A program made the position numbers and the translations under genes. Of a stretch of DNA of 64,000 nt, positions 27,990 through 37,596 are shown piece after piece (the stretch's first letter is position 1; each line of letters opens with the position of its first letter). This DNA is from an uncultured Eubacteriales bacterium (GTDB lineage: Bacteria > Bacillota > Clostridia > Christensenellales > UBA1242). The notes under the pieces were generated by a model, which had not been told where the DNA came from, ran no database searches, and was given only the letters and a program-made list of their open reading frames with translations. The stretch is taken from the NCBI GenBank assembly GCA_949878485.1, contig CATLAM010000001.1:82363-146362 (forward strand), written 5' to 3'.

Positions 27990-28218
27990 ATTTTTTACAT
28001 TCTTCAATTAACGCAACAATTTGTCCGATTGTTTTAACTTGGCTGATTTTTTCATCTGGAATAGTAATTCCATATTCATCTTCCAATGTCATAAGCATTT
28101 CAATGATGTCCAATGAATCAGCACCTAAATCTTCCAAAATGTTTGATTCAGTTGTAATTGTTTTTGGGTCTAAATTGAGTTGTTCAGCAACCAATGCAAT
28201 AACTTTGTCTGTAATCAT
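27988..28218 (-). CDS. acpP: Acyl carrier protein
   Basis: MITDKVIALVAEQLNL...LGADSLDIIEMLMTLEDEYGITIPDE carries the phosphopantetheine-attachment motif DSLD. GGAGG lies 9 nt upstream of ATG 28218. Confidence 0.85.
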   Translation of the reverse strand: MITDKVIALVAEQLNLDPKTITTESNILEDLGADSLDIIEMLMTLEDEYGITIPDEKISQVKTIGQIVALIEECKK

Positions 28219-28283
28219 GTTCGTCAACCTCCATAAGAAAATATTATCATATTTACAGACAAAAAGCAAATGATTTAAACAAT

Positions 28284-28865
28284 TTATTTATTTTGCAAAT
28301 CAAGATAATTGTTTGGATCAACTTCCTTTCCGTTTAAAAGCATTGTGAAATGCAAGTGTCCACCATCAGCAAGTTCGTTGACAGCAGTGGCAGCCGCTAT
28401 TCCAATCTTGTCACCTTTTTTAATTTTGTCGCCTTCTTTAACATTAGTTTCTTCGCCTAAAGAAGAATAAACGCTTACGAAGCCATTGTCATGATTTACA
28501 GTAATTGTGCATCCATCACTTCCATCATTTTTCACAGAAGCCACAACTCCATCATAGACTGAAAAGACATCTTGCTTTGTTGAACTAAGGTCAAGAGCCA
28601 AATGGATTTCCCATCTCTTTAAAGTGCTGTTATATTGCAAACGATCTTCAGCAAAATCTTTCACAACCACAGCATCTTCCATAGGCAAACCAAATTTCAT
28701 CACTCCACCTGAAACATCTTCTGTAGGGTCATTTACATTTGAACTGATTGATGTCACTGCGAATGCCACTGCAAGAACAACTCCCGCAACAAACACTCCT
28801 GCAACAGCAAGTGCCCCGTATCTTTTGAAAAATCTTTTGAATTTGTTTTCTTTTTTTATTTCCAT
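28284..28865 (-). CDS. Membrane-anchored M23/LytM peptidase, SpoIIQ-like by position
   Basis: N-terminal TM helix (ALAVAGVFVAGVVLAVAFAV). LytM motifs are intact: HxxxD (HLALD) and HxH (GGHLHFTM). GGAGG SD. It sits next to spoIIID, as spoIIQ does in C. difficile (recalled). Confidence 0.7.
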   Translation of the reverse strand: MEIKKENKFKRFFKRYGALAVAGVFVAGVVLAVAFAVTSISSNVNDPTEDVSGGVMKFGLPMEDAVVVKDFAEDRLQYNSTLKRWEIHLALDLSSTKQDVFSVYDGVVASVKNDGSDGCTITVNHDNGFVSVYSSLGEETNVKEGDKIKKGDKIGIAAATAVNELADGGHLHFTMLLNGKEVDPNNYLDLQNK

Positions 28866-28958
28866 ATTACCTCCACACCTTGATATTTTCCAACTTTCAA
28901 AAAATTAAACATAAATACTGTAATTTTCAAAAATTTTATTGTTTTTTCAAACAAAACA

Positions 28959-29420
28959 TTAAAACCCTGTTAAAATCATTGGAAAACCAACAATCAACTT
29001 ATCTTGATATGTGGCAATCTGAACATTGATTTTCTTGCCATTTAAAAAGACTGAATCATCATAATATGTTGTGTATGCATAGTAAACCACAACATCACCA
29101 ACAGTTTCATTAAAGACAAATGTTGCATTCAATGCATCCAAAACTGAATCTACATCTTCAGAGTTTATATAAAACTGAATACCAACCATGTTGTGTTTTA
29201 TTTCATCTAAATTTTTCTTTGCAGTTTCAAGTGAACAATAATTAAAAAAATTATCCCCGCAAGGAACACTGTCAAAATCTGCACTTTCATATTTATTTGC
29301 AGAAACAAAGCAAACTTTTTCCACACCATTAAAATTGAAAAGTGGCAAAACCTTTGAATTAAAAAACAAAGTGGAAAGCAGACACAAACCAATAATGGCA
29401 AACACAAACAACTTTTTCAT
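28959..29420 (-). CDS. Secreted hypothetical protein
   Basis: Signal peptide MKKLFVFAIIGLCLLSTLFF. No family recognised. Confidence 0.45.
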   Translation of the reverse strand: MKKLFVFAIIGLCLLSTLFFNSKVLPLFNFNGVEKVCFVSANKYESADFDSVPCGDNFFNYCSLETAKKNLDEIKHNMVGIQFYINSEDVDSVLDALNATFVFNETVGDVVVYYAYTTYYDDSVFLNGKKINVQIATYQDKLIVGFPMILTGF

Positions 29421-29454
29421 TCATTAAATATTGACCAAATAAAAAAATATAAAC

Positions 29455-29485
29455 AAAAAAAAGACCAGTTTAAGGTCTTTTTTTA
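29455..29485. terminator. Bidirectional-looking terminator
   Basis: AGACC-AGTTTAA-GGTCT hairpin with an A-run before and a T-run after. It overlaps the stop codon of the 29483-29878 gene. Confidence 0.55.
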
Positions 29486-29878
29486 TAAAAGCATCAAATA
29501 TATAAACAATCCAAAAAGTGCAAGAGAAACCACAAACCCACCCCAATTTAACACTGTAATCAAGTTTTTAGATGCTTTTTGCTTATTATCAACAGCAGAA
29601 ACATTTTCTTTGTTTTTCTGAATTTCTTGTTCTGAAACCACGTTTGTTTGCTTCAATGGTTGCATTGAATTGTTTTCGTTTCGTGGCGGAAATTCTCTTG
29701 GCGGAAAGGTTGTGTTTGTCTGATTTGAAACATTTATGCTTTCACTTTTCTCATCTGGAACAAAAACTGACTTCTCTGTCGAATTTACATCAGAAAAATC
29801 TCTCCTTGGTGGCGGTGGTGGCGGTGGCATATTATTTCTCATACCCGAAGGTGGCGGTGGCATAAATTTGTTTTCCAT
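29483..29878 (-). CDS. Proline-rich, C-terminally anchored membrane protein
   Basis: N-terminus MENKFMPPPPSGMRNNMPPPPPPPRR and a single C-terminal TM helix (GGFVVSLALFGLFIYLMLL). AAGGAG SD. Confidence 0.5.
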   Translation of the reverse strand: MENKFMPPPPSGMRNNMPPPPPPPRRDFSDVNSTEKSVFVPDEKSESINVSNQTNTTFPPREFPPRNENNSMQPLKQTNVVSEQEIQKNKENVSAVDNKQKASKNLITVLNWGGFVVSLALFGLFIYLMLL

Positions 29879-29941
29879 TTCAACTCCTTTTGATTTATGA
29901 TTTTATTTTAATACACAAAGCAAAAAAAGTCCAATGATTTT

Positions 29942-30478
29942 TTACTTTTCCACAACCCAAATATTGTCAATATCCAAAGTTGAGTCCAAAGTTTCAACAA
30001 TAACAGATAAAACATACTTTTCTTGGCTTCTAAAATCCGAATCTTCTGGCATGATAATGAAGTTGGAAAAAGTCAATTTGCTTCCCCCTTGCAAAACGTC
30101 ATCAAAATAATAATAACCATCTAAACCCCTTGCAAAGTGGTTTGTAGTTACAAAATCAAATGTTCGCATTTCAGACATTCCAAAAATTTGGGCTTTAACT
30201 CTTATTTTAAGATTGGTTTCAAGTTTGTCTGCTTTTATTTGAATTACATGCGGAATTTTTTCTTTAGGCAAAAAAGCCCCATCAAAAGTAAACGAAACAA
30301 CTTCGGACTGGTTTGGCTTAACACTTATTACAACATTGTCACCCACTTTAAATTCCGCATTGGTGTTGGTGTAAGCAATGCTGTAATAATATCCATTCAA
30401 CCCAAGCACAATGGAAACAATTAAAAGCACACTTACAACAATAACGGCAAAAAGCCATGCTATATCCTTTTTCTCCAT
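29942..30478 (-). CDS. N-terminally anchored hypothetical envelope protein
   Basis: TM helix WLFAVIVVSVLLIVSIVLGL followed by a beta-rich ectodomain. The AYTNT sequence after the TM weakly recalls SipW-type/TasA-like N-termini; this is not asserted. Confidence 0.45.
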   Translation of the reverse strand: MEKKDIAWLFAVIVVSVLLIVSIVLGLNGYYYSIAYTNTNAEFKVGDNVVISVKPNQSEVVSFTFDGAFLPKEKIPHVIQIKADKLETNLKIRVKAQIFGMSEMRTFDFVTTNHFARGLDGYYYFDDVLQGGSKLTFSNFIIMPEDSDFRSQEKYVLSVIVETLDSTLDIDNIWVVEK

Positions 30479-30507
30479 AGCATTATTTTTGACTTTGAAA
30501 TTACATA

Positions 30508-31890
30508 TTATTCTTGATTTTTAGAATTTTTTTGCTTTATGCGACGCTTAGTTCTTTCGCGTCTGAAATTTTCAATTTGAATCTTTTTAAAATCTTGACT
30601 TTCTTTTTGCAAAGCAAGTTTAGCTTTAATCCAGCGATATTTCTTATTTCCATATAAAGTGTCATAAGACAAAATGCCAATACCTTGAATTAAATAGAAA
30701 TAATAAGAACAGAAACGCCACAAAAGAATAGCCCAGAATGTGTTACCACCTAAGTATACTGAAAACAACGCTTGGAATGTGATTTCGTTCATGCCCGTTC
30801 CACCAGGAAGTGGAATGAAACTAGCGGACAAGTCCACAAGTGCCGTAAACACGAAAAATTCGCCAAATTTAGTGCCATCAAAGCCCATAAACGCACAATA
30901 AATAAAGAAAGGAATGCAGAACAATAAAATTGTCCTTGATGAATGCAAAATTAGTTGATAAATTACTTCCAATTTAGACTTACTGAAATCCTTCATGATT
31001 GCTTGATAGTCTTCAATAAAAGACATAACTTTGGCATAATGCTTGTCGTAATTTCTTAATATGCGAAGTTTAACAAGTGCTTTAAGTCCCCACGAAACCA
31101 TCTTTTGACCAACAGTTTTTGAAAGTGACATAAACAAAATAAACACAATTACAAACAATGCCAACAAGAAACCAATCACACTAAGTGTGGCAACAGCAAT
31201 TCTTGTTTCATCTGAAATCAGTTGAGAAGGGTTGATAAAAGAAACAATTAAACAAACAAAAGTGATGATAAGCCAAGAGATGTTTTGGAAAACCAATTTT
31301 GACATAGGAATAGAAAGTGATGTTGAACCAGGGATATCTCTCCCTGTGAGATATGCAACCATGAATGCTTGCCCACCCGAGTTCATAGGCGTAACAGCAT
31401 CATAATATCTTAAAATCCCAGTCGATTTATAAGATGAGCCCCATCTTGAACGCATGGTCTTACGATAAATCATTCTGTGGACTGTTAAAACATCAGCATA
31501 CATGATTAAAGCCAAAAACAACAAACACAGCAATACATAAGAAAGGTTTATATCTGCAAGTCTTAATGGTGTGAAATCTTCTGAAGAAAGAATGTTCCAA
31601 AGCAAAATCCCAACAACCAAACCAATGTTAAATATGAAAAACACAATGTTTGTAATCTTTTGCTTTTTGCCACCAGATTTTTTTACTTCTTTATTGGCTT
31701 CTTCCAATCTTACTTCAACTTTTTCACTTTGTTCTTCTGTTTGAAGTTGTTTTTCAATCTGTTCAAGTTTTTTCTCTTTGCGTTGTTTGCGTTTGGAAAC
31801 AAGACGGGAAAAGAGATTATGCTGAGAATTTGCTGGAATCTCAACATTTTCCACAAGTTTAGCGTTTTCTTGGTCTTTTTTCTTTGCCAT
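30508..31890 (-). CDS. UPF0104 / lysyl-phosphatidylglycerol-synthase-TM-like (flippase-like) membrane protein
   Basis: Multi-pass membrane protein with the family-typical IPLPGGTGMNEITF motif and a ~85-aa K/E-rich N-terminal extension. The start is taken at ATG 31890 (MAKKKDQ); ORF-track start is 31908. Confidence 0.55.
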   Translation of the reverse strand: MAKKKDQENAKLVENVEIPANSQHNLFSRLVSKRKQRKEKKLEQIEKQLQTEEQSEKVEVRLEEANKEVKKSGGKKQKITNIVFFIFNIGLVVGILLWNILSSEDFTPLRLADINLSYVLLCLLFLALIMYADVLTVHRMIYRKTMRSRWGSSYKSTGILRYYDAVTPMNSGGQAFMVAYLTGRDIPGSTSLSIPMSKLVFQNISWLIITFVCLIVSFINPSQLISDETRIAVATLSVIGFLLALFVIVFILFMSLSKTVGQKMVSWGLKALVKLRILRNYDKHYAKVMSFIEDYQAIMKDFSKSKLEVIYQLILHSSRTILLFCIPFFIYCAFMGFDGTKFGEFFVFTALVDLSASFIPLPGGTGMNEITFQALFSVYLGGNTFWAILLWRFCSYYFYLIQGIGILSYDTLYGNKKYRWIKAKLALQKESQDFKKIQIENFRRERTKRRIKQKNSKNQE

Positions 31891-31907
31891 ATAAAGGCAT
31901 TTTAACA
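31891..31907 (-). promoter_or_regulatory. Extended -10 (TGtTAAAAT) 8 nt before ATG 31890; candidate leaderless or near-leaderless promoter
   Basis: Minus strand reads CATGTTAAAAT-GCCTTTAT-ATG with no SD. A terminator-like hairpin lies immediately upstream. Confidence 0.3.
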
Positions 31908-31908
31908 T

Positions 31909-31946
31909 GAAAAAACAACACTTGTCAATTTAAACAAGAGTTGTTT
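31909..31946 (-). terminator. Terminator after the PrsA-like lipoprotein gene
   Basis: Imperfect 11-bp stem (AACAACACTTG / CAAGAGTTGTT, one mismatch) followed on the minus strand by a T-run. Confidence 0.4.
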
Positions 31947-31960
31947 TAAACTTTTTATGT

Positions 31961-33856
31961 CTATTTATAGATTTCTTTAAGATTGTCAGTGTGAATTTTA
32001 ATTCCTTCTTTTTCCACCAAAGTGTTTTTCAAGTTGTCTATGTCAGCGTTTTGGAAGATATAGAAATTGTCACTGTTTAAAGTTTCAAAAATTAAATCTA
32101 AATAAGTTTTTGTGTTGAAAATGTTTAATCTTGTGTTTGCCAAAGTCTTGATTGCTTCTTGACCAAGAGTAAAGTTTTCACTTATGTTGTCAAACATATT
32201 GTCCACTTTTCCAGCGTAGAAGAAGATGTATGCTCCGTCTTTTGTGACAACAAGATCACTTAAATCTCCAATCTGTGCTTTACCATTGTTGTAAAGTTTT
32301 TTAACTGCTTCTTGTGCCACTTCATTTTCTTTAAAAGTGTCATTTAAAACTTCTCCAGAAGCATTGACACCAAAAATGGCATTTCTGTCAACATTTTTAT
32401 AAGTGTCATCATCGTTATAACGATAGAAATAATCTCTGAATGCTTCAGCCTTAGCGTAAGAAAGATTTTGATTGATTTCTTTTAAAGTTTCCAAATCTTC
32501 AATGTCTTCATCTTCTAAGGTTGCATATTCTTGCATTAAAACAGCATTATTTTTGATTGTTCTATAAAGATTAGAGGCTGTTATTGTTTCATCAGTAACT
32601 TTTCCTGTTTCAGCATCTCTGATTGCCACTTTATAGTTTCTTAAAATTTGTTCTTTGTTTGCTTTATAAGTCTGTTCATCAATAGACCCTTGAGCAAACT
32701 TATCTTCATTGTTTTGATATTCTGTTGCAAGATCTTGAAGGTCACTTGTTGCATTGATTTTAATGTATGCAAGATTGAAATAACTTGCTGGCTTATACCC
32801 TTCAACATCGCCGTCTTGCAAAACATAGTAAACATTGCCAGAATTTCCTAAAATTGCACTTTCATAACCAGCAGTGTCTTCTGCCACAACATAACTTGAA
32901 TAACTTGCCCTTGCATTGTCTTGATAATATTTCAAAACATTTGTTGCTGTAACGCTTGTCAAGTCTGTTCCTTCTTGTGCGTTGTAAATTTGAGCATATT
33001 TTTGAACGATATAGTTTTCTTTAATGATGTTGTAAACTCTGTCAAACTCAAACTTAAATGCTTCTTCATCATTTTTAAATTCAATGTAACTGTAATTTTT
33101 CTTGATTATTGAAGCATATTTGTTTACTGCATTTTTCCAATGTTTAATAATTCCAGTTCCGTCAAAATCAAGTACTTTCATAAATTCTGTATACATAAGG
33201 TTTTTAAACACTTGCACGCCGTCTGAATTTGACCATTCATAGTCATAAACATGATTAAAAGTTTCATCTGTTTTTTCTGAGTAAGAATCTCTGATAAGTG
33301 GTGTCACATCATGTTTCTTAATTACATATTGTCCGTTTTCTTTTTGAACATAAACAGTTGGTTTAAATTGATTAAACAAGGATTTAGGTGTTTCATCACT
33401 GTCATTTGTTTCATCTGATTCTTGTTCACCTTTTTCTTCGTTGTAATACGTTCTTAAATTGTTGTAAAGACTGTTAAAAGTTTGATCCCAAAGATAAGTT
33501 GTTTCGCTTCCAAGCAACATTGTTCTGTCTTTTTGAGAAGCACTTTGTGGAAGTGATTTATAATAATTTTCCACTTGCTTGCAGACAATTTTTCTGTTTA
33601 TAACACTTTCAAGAGTGGCTTTCAACGCTTCGTCTTCACTGTAATCATAATTTTCAACATAGTCAGAGCCATAACTGTTGTAAGCAGAAATTAAATCTCG
33701 CTTAGTAATTTCTTCAGTTGTGCCATCTTTAAAATCAATTGTAACAATGATTGCTTCATAGAAAAGTTTTTCGTTATCTGTAACAAGAGAACATCCTGTC
33801 AAAACAGACACACACATCATCACAACAAGCATTAAAGCAAATAATTTTTTCTTCAC
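31961..33856 (-). CDS. Lipoprotein, PrsA/SurA-like foldase candidate
   Basis: GTG start at 33856 preceded by GGAGAA. Signal peptide plus lipobox (VSVLTG-C). It sits directly downstream of mfd, as PrsA-type genes do in Clostridia (recalled). The parvulin signature is degenerate, so the function is tentative. Confidence 0.45.
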   Translation of the reverse strand: MKKKLFALMLVVMMCVSVLTGCSLVTDNEKLFYEAIIVTIDFKDGTTEEITKRDLISAYNSYGSDYVENYDYSEDEALKATLESVINRKIVCKQVENYYKSLPQSASQKDRTMLLGSETTYLWDQTFNSLYNNLRTYYNEEKGEQESDETNDSDETPKSLFNQFKPTVYVQKENGQYVIKKHDVTPLIRDSYSEKTDETFNHVYDYEWSNSDGVQVFKNLMYTEFMKVLDFDGTGIIKHWKNAVNKYASIIKKNYSYIEFKNDEEAFKFEFDRVYNIIKENYIVQKYAQIYNAQEGTDLTSVTATNVLKYYQDNARASYSSYVVAEDTAGYESAILGNSGNVYYVLQDGDVEGYKPASYFNLAYIKINATSDLQDLATEYQNNEDKFAQGSIDEQTYKANKEQILRNYKVAIRDAETGKVTDETITASNLYRTIKNNAVLMQEYATLEDEDIEDLETLKEINQNLSYAKAEAFRDYFYRYNDDDTYKNVDRNAIFGVNASGEVLNDTFKENEVAQEAVKKLYNNGKAQIGDLSDLVVTKDGAYIFFYAGKVDNMFDNISENFTLGQEAIKTLANTRLNIFNTKTYLDLIFETLNSDNFYIFQNADIDNLKNTLVEKEGIKIHTDNLKEIYK

Positions 33857-33950
33857 GACTTTTCTCCATTTTAGGTCGGTTATTCCGCCCATAATACCAA
33901 TGTATTATAATACAATAACAAATAAATTTCAAGCAAAAGACAAAACTTTC

Positions 33951-36900
33951 TCAATCTTTTTTGTCAAGTGCGGATAAAAACATTTCAATAAGCAAATTTA
34001 CTTTGTCCTTAACCTTGCCTTTTGCATTTACCTTTAGAATAGGTAAGTCTTCAAATTTTAAACAAGTATCATAAAATTTGCCAATATTCGACAATCTTTT
34101 ATCAATGATTTCTTCACTTTTATAGAAATAAATCAAACAATCACTGGCATTAACTCTTATTCTTTGAACATTAAAATTGGTTGCCAAATTTTTAAGAAAA
34201 GCAATCTTACACAAGTTTTCCACTTCAACAGGCACGGCACCACAACTTTCTTCAAATTGAGAAATCACTTGTTTATAATCATCCAAAGTCGAAATCCTAC
34301 TGATTTTGTTATAGAATATTATTCTTTCAGACTGAGAACTTACATAATCTTCACTGATATAAGCATCAAGCATAAGTTCCAACTTGATTTCTTTTTCATT
34401 TCCGCCTTTTTGTCCTGAACTTTCTTTTGTGACTTCTTCCAAAAGTTTTACATACATGTCATAACCAACTTTTTGCATATGCCCATGTTGTTCTTTTCCC
34501 AAAATATTCCCTGCCCCACGAATTTCTAAGTCACGAATGGCAATTTTAAAACCACTTCCAAGTTCTCTAAATTCTTTAATGGCTTCCAAACGCTTATATG
34601 CATCTTCTGTCAGCACTCTTGTGCCATCATAAGTTAAATAAGCATAGGCAAGTTTATCTGCTCTGCCAATTCTTCCGCGAATTTGATAAAGTTGACTTAA
34701 ACCAAGATTATCACAATCGACAACAAACAATGTGTTTAATGTTGGCAAATCAATGCCGTTTTCAATTAAAGTTGTGGAAATAAGCACATTAAACTTGCCG
34801 TCATAAAGTTCGTTTATAACCTTTGCCAATTCTTTTTCTTCCATTTGCCCGTGTGCCACACCAATGCTTGCATTTGGTAAAAGCGAAGCAACATGGTTTC
34901 TGAATTCATAAATTTGAGCCACTTTGTTAAACAAAATCAATGCTTTTCCCTTTCGAGAAAGTTCTCTGGAAACAACATCTTCCAAAAGTCCGTCACTGTA
35001 AGGGCTGACATAAGTTTGAATCGGAAGTCGGTCGCGTGGTGGAGTGGCAATCACACTTATATCTCTGATTCCAGAAAGCGACATATGGAGTGTTCTTGGA
35101 ATAGGAGTTGCAGACAATGTCAAAACATCAATGTCTGTTTTAAGTTTTTTAATTTTCTCTTTATCTTTCACACCAAAGCGTTGTTCTTCATCCAACACCA
35201 AAAGCCCTAAATCTTGAAATTTAATGTTTTCATTCAAAATTTTGTGTGTGCCAATTAAGATGTCAATTTTTCCGTCTTGCAAACGCTGATAGATTTCCTT
35301 GGTTTCTTTTTCTGTTTTAAAACGATTTAAAACTTCAATTCGAAGTCCAAAGCCATCAAACCTTTGCAGTGCCGAACGATAATGCTGTTCAGATAAAATT
35401 GTAGTTGGGCATAAGAAAGCAACTTGTTTGCCGTTATAGACAGCCTTAAAAATTCCACGAAATGCCACTTCAGTTTTTCCAAAGCCAACATCCCCGCAAA
35501 TAAGACGCTCCATAATTTTATCGCTTTCCATGTCCTTAGAAACATCTTCAACAGCCTGTACTTGATCTGGAGTAAGTTCGAAAGGAAAAGCATTTGAAAA
35601 CTGATTTTCCAATTCTTCATCACATTGAAAAACAAAACCTTTTCTTGTGGAGCGTTGTTTGTAAATGTTTGCCAAAGCAATGGCAACTTCTTTTAAATCT
35701 TCCTTAACTTTTTGTTTTAACTTCGACCACTCACTTGACCCAAGTGCATTAAGTCTTGGTGCATCGCCACCAACATAGGATGAAAGCAAATTTGCTTGTT
35801 CAGTTGGTAAATAAAGCAAAGCATCATTGCGATATTCCAAAACAAAATAGTCTTTTTCAAAATGTGACAACTTCATTCTGACAATATCTTTACATCTGCC
35901 AATTCCATAAAAAGAGTGAACAACATAATCGCCGACTTTAGGCAAATATGAAAAATTCTGTTTTCCTTTTCCATAGTCCAAACTTGCCGATTTGTACATA
36001 TCATCAGTGCCAATTCCAACCAAGTTTAAAGCAAGAAAACTGAATGAGTAAGGAAAATAATCTTTGCAAATATACACCCTTACATTATCCAAAATTTCTC
36101 CGTCAAACTCGCGAAATGCAATGTTGTTTGTCATTAAAAATTCTTTTAAAATTTCTGAAAATTTACCACCAAAAAGAAAGACATTAAGACCGCCATTAGC
36201 GTAAATTTGAATGTCTGTTTTAAGTGACAAAAAGTCAGTTAAATAACTTTTTTGTCCAACGGTTTTATTTTCAAATTCAGTCTGTTTTGTGTTGGAAAAA
36301 ACAAGACAATTTTGCAAATCAACATCTTCAAATTTAATAAATAAATCCTGCCTATTCCAAGACAATTCTTCCCTTGCACGAGACAAAATTTTGCATTCAT
36401 TTTCAATTTTGTCAGGTTCATCCACAATTATTTTTTCACACAAATCAAAAGCAGAATTATCTCCAAATTTCAAAAAAACAGGAAAAATCTGCAAATTTTC
36501 AATGATTTTTACAGTTTTCATGTCCAAAAAGTCGAAATTTTTAATTTTTTCAACTTCTTCATCAAAAAATTCCAGACGAGTCGGAAAGTCTTGTCCGCTT
36601 ACAAAAACATCCACAATGTCACCCCTGACAGCAAACTGCCCAGAAGCAGAAACATAGTCCACCCTGACATAACCAAACTCAACAAGTTTTTCAGACAATT
36701 TTTCAATAGAAAATTTTTGCCCTAATGAAAGAGAAAATTCTTGTTTTAAAAATTGCAAATCAAACTTTGTTTCAAGAGATGAAGGCAAAAAAATCAGTGC
36801 ATCAAGTTCGCCCTTTAAAAATGAATTTACAGCACTTGCAAAAAGTGAAAGGTTGACATCTTTTTCGTCTTCATTTTCTCTGCCACAAGAGATTATTGTT

Positions 36901-37082
36901 GTTTTCTTATTGCAAGCGAAAAGTCCTTTTTTTAACTTGCTTGCAGTCACAAAATCTCCGCAAATATAGACAAACTTATCAAGACTTGCCAAATATAAAA
37001 CTTTTTCGCCAATAAAAAAACCGCCCAAGTTTTTTTGCTTAGGCAAATTTATTTTTTTCAAAAGTTCCACAAAATCTTTCAC
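33951..37082 (-). CDS. mfd: Transcription-repair coupling factor Mfd
   Basis: 1043 aa. Helicase motif I GDVGFGKTEVA, DEEQ box (LLVLDEEQRFG) and a CarD-like segment (GDYVVHSFYGIGR). The GTG start directly follows the pth stop (TAAGTG). Confidence 0.95.
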   Translation of the reverse strand: MKDFVELLKKINLPKQKNLGGFFIGEKVLYLASLDKFVYICGDFVTASKLKKGLFACNKKTTIISCGRENEDEKDVNLSLFASAVNSFLKGELDALIFLPSSLETKFDLQFLKQEFSLSLGQKFSIEKLSEKLVEFGYVRVDYVSASGQFAVRGDIVDVFVSGQDFPTRLEFFDEEVEKIKNFDFLDMKTVKIIENLQIFPVFLKFGDNSAFDLCEKIIVDEPDKIENECKILSRAREELSWNRQDLFIKFEDVDLQNCLVFSNTKQTEFENKTVGQKSYLTDFLSLKTDIQIYANGGLNVFLFGGKFSEILKEFLMTNNIAFREFDGEILDNVRVYICKDYFPYSFSFLALNLVGIGTDDMYKSASLDYGKGKQNFSYLPKVGDYVVHSFYGIGRCKDIVRMKLSHFEKDYFVLEYRNDALLYLPTEQANLLSSYVGGDAPRLNALGSSEWSKLKQKVKEDLKEVAIALANIYKQRSTRKGFVFQCDEELENQFSNAFPFELTPDQVQAVEDVSKDMESDKIMERLICGDVGFGKTEVAFRGIFKAVYNGKQVAFLCPTTILSEQHYRSALQRFDGFGLRIEVLNRFKTEKETKEIYQRLQDGKIDILIGTHKILNENIKFQDLGLLVLDEEQRFGVKDKEKIKKLKTDIDVLTLSATPIPRTLHMSLSGIRDISVIATPPRDRLPIQTYVSPYSDGLLEDVVSRELSRKGKALILFNKVAQIYEFRNHVASLLPNASIGVAHGQMEEKELAKVINELYDGKFNVLISTTLIENGIDLPTLNTLFVVDCDNLGLSQLYQIRGRIGRADKLAYAYLTYDGTRVLTEDAYKRLEAIKEFRELGSGFKIAIRDLEIRGAGNILGKEQHGHMQKVGYDMYVKLLEEVTKESSGQKGGNEKEIKLELMLDAYISEDYVSSQSERIIFYNKISRISTLDDYKQVISQFEESCGAVPVEVENLCKIAFLKNLATNFNVQRIRVNASDCLIYFYKSEEIIDKRLSNIGKFYDTCLKFEDLPILKVNAKGKVKDKVNLLIEMFLSALDKKD

Positions 37083-37586
37083 TTACGCCAATCTCTCACA
37101 AATCTCATCAACCACTTTTTCAATGATTGGTTGAAACGTTTTTTCATCGTATTTTGAAAGCACATAATCCGCAAGGTCAAGAGAAACATCTCTTCCTATT
37201 CCGACCTTAATTCTTTCAAAATCTTCGCCTATGTGTGCCACAATGTTTCTAAGTCCATTGTGCGTCCCAGACGAACCATGTTCGCGATATCTTATGTTCC
37301 CTTTTGGCAAATCAATGTCGTCCACGACAACAATAATTCTTGCATCTTTAAATTTCTCTTTCACCAAAACCACACTTTCGCCACTTAGGTTCATATAAGT
37401 CTGTGGTTTAACAAGCATGATTTTTTCGCCATTGTAACTGCCTTCGCCGACAACTGCTTTAAACTTTTTTTTGTCAAAATTTATGCCTAGTTTTTCTGCC
37501 AAAGCATCCACACAATCAAAGCCAATGTTGTGATAGGTGTTTTTATATTTTGCATCAGGATTTCCCAGCCCAACAATTATGTTCAT
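37083..37586 (-). CDS. pth: Peptidyl-tRNA hydrolase
   Basis: MNIIVGLGNPDAKYKNTYHNIGF... is the canonical Pth N-terminus with the catalytic His. GGGGAG SD. Confidence 0.93.
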   Translation of the reverse strand: MNIIVGLGNPDAKYKNTYHNIGFDCVDALAEKLGINFDKKKFKAVVGEGSYNGEKIMLVKPQTYMNLSGESVVLVKEKFKDARIIVVVDDIDLPKGNIRYREHGSSGTHNGLRNIVAHIGEDFERIKVGIGRDVSLDLADYVLSKYDEKTFQPIIEKVVDEICERLA

Positions 37587-37596
37587 AACTCTCCCC

